A stretch of DNA of 64,000 nt from Rhizodiscina lignyota (Eukaryota): contig ML978127.1 in the NCBI GenBank assembly GCA_010015805.1, forward strand, positions 310,001 to 374,000. Reading direction: 5' to 3'. Positions 62,771 to 64,000 of this stretch are shown piece after piece; the stretch's first letter is position 1, and every line of letters starts with the position of its first letter. The position numbers and the translations under genes are program-made. The notes under the pieces were generated by a model. The model was not told the origin of the DNA. It saw nothing but the letters and a program-made list of their open reading frames with translations, and searched no databases.

Positions 62771-64000
62771 ATGGGAAAGAGTCTGCGTATCACTATATTG
62801 GACAGGTGGCTGAAGGGCCGTGTCCAATATAGACTTATGTCCTTGTGCTGCTCCTTGGTTAGACGCACCTTCGCTTTCCGGACAAGAGGTAGCTAACTGC
62901 TGTGCAGGCCTTTGCACTATACGGCTACGATGCAGGGGTCTTGGGCGGTGTTCAAAACACACAGCCCTTCTTGAGGGCTATCGGTGTACGACTGAATGAA
63001 TGGTTCTTGGAGCAATGACTAACGTGCGTAGAATCCAACGAATACTTACGCAGTCCCTATGGTTGCATCTTCATATGTTTTGGCGGCAACTGTTGTATCG
63101 ATGTGCGTTGTATTCATCGGTATGCCACTTGGTCGACGGGGCTGCATTCTTATGGGGGACTTGTGCGTTATCGTCGGTTCTGCGATTCAAGCGTCCGCCT
63201 GGTCTCTGCCTCATATTATTGTTGGACGTATTATTTGCGTATGATATCATCCCAACGTAATCCCACAGGGCATCAACTGACTTCCGCAGGGTTTCGGGAT
63301 CGGGGTATGAGTCTCTGCACACTGCCATTTGACCTGGAAATTCTAAACTCACTTTAGTTCATTTCGAGTACTGTGCCAACATACATGGTAAGGCTTTACG
63401 GATTTCAGCACCTGGGAGACAAATCCTGACGATTATTCAGGCCGAGATGAGTATTAAATCCAAAGAGCGCGGTCCCGAGGTTGCTGTTCAATGCGCCTGG
63501 CTTATCTCGGGTATTGCTGTTGCATACTGGATCGACTTCGGGTTCACAAGAATGGACAACCAAGTGTCTTGGGTATGTTCCCTTTCCCTGTGCGTGTTCT
63601 TAAATAACGGCAAATCAGCGCTTTCCAATCGCTGCGCAAGCCTTCTTCGCGATCACGTCCGGAGCGGGAATGCTGTGCTTGCCCGATACGCCAAGATGGT
63701 ATTACGCACGTAATCGCCTGTCAGAGGGTGACCAGGTCCTGTCTTCATTGTGGGGCCTGGAGGCGGAGCACCCGAACGTCCAGCATATGAAGAACGAAAT
63801 CTTGGCGAGTATCCAGGTCGAAGAGGAAGAGCAGAATAAGCTCAGCATCGTGAGCTTGTTCTGGGATAACACAGACCTGCGAGTTGGTCGCCGTATTCGA
63901 ATCTCTTTCCTGATTCTAAGTATTCAATAAATGATGGGTAAGATTTAAAAGGCCAACAGTAGCATGAGTTCCAGTGCTGACCACGGAAGGCATCAATATG
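62771..64000 (+). pseudogene. MFS sugar-porter transporter (5' part), in-frame TAA at 63928-63930
   Basis: Spliced exons: LYGYDAGVLG, LGRR, IVGRIICGFGIG, VPTYMAEMS..ERG, WRFPIA, LPDTPRW; then ILSIQ*MMG before a GTAAGA donor. Confidence 0.8.

Noticed and set aside
1..64000. tRNA, rRNA, CRISPR, telomeric repeats, transposase or PKS/NRPS genes
   Set aside because: No cloverleaf T-arm context, repeat-spacer array, TTAGGG tract or such domains seen by eye

Overview
Gene-dense, intron-containing eukaryotic DNA from a filamentous ascomycete (GT-AG introns with CTRAC branch points, Zn2Cys6 TF, PTH11-like and GprK-like receptors, GH76). About 30 protein-coding loci; no rRNA, tRNA or CRISPR seen. Left half: housekeeping genes (DPP1-like, MED7, MTAP/MEU1, lysophospholipase, DFG5/DCW1-like) interleaved with three lineage-type paralog pairs (RING-H2, HExxH, a secreted 'WSD' family); in two pairs one copy carries frameshifts. 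A 237-bp TA-flanked MITE-like element sits upstream of an amidohydrolase. Right half (36-64 kb) is dominated by oxidative enzymes: DAO, TauD, FMO, then a compact putative cluster of CYP52-like P450, hotdog thioesterase, FAD monooxygenase, two SDRs, Zn2Cys6 TF, Baeyer-Villiger monooxygenase and a sugar-porter MFS that has a nonsense codon in its QQ motif; no PKS/NRPS/terpene core is visible. An unusual protein with three FGK[YH]xG repeats plus an XPA-C-like tail is split by a single-C deletion. Exon boundaries were read by eye; family calls rest on recognised motifs, not database searches.
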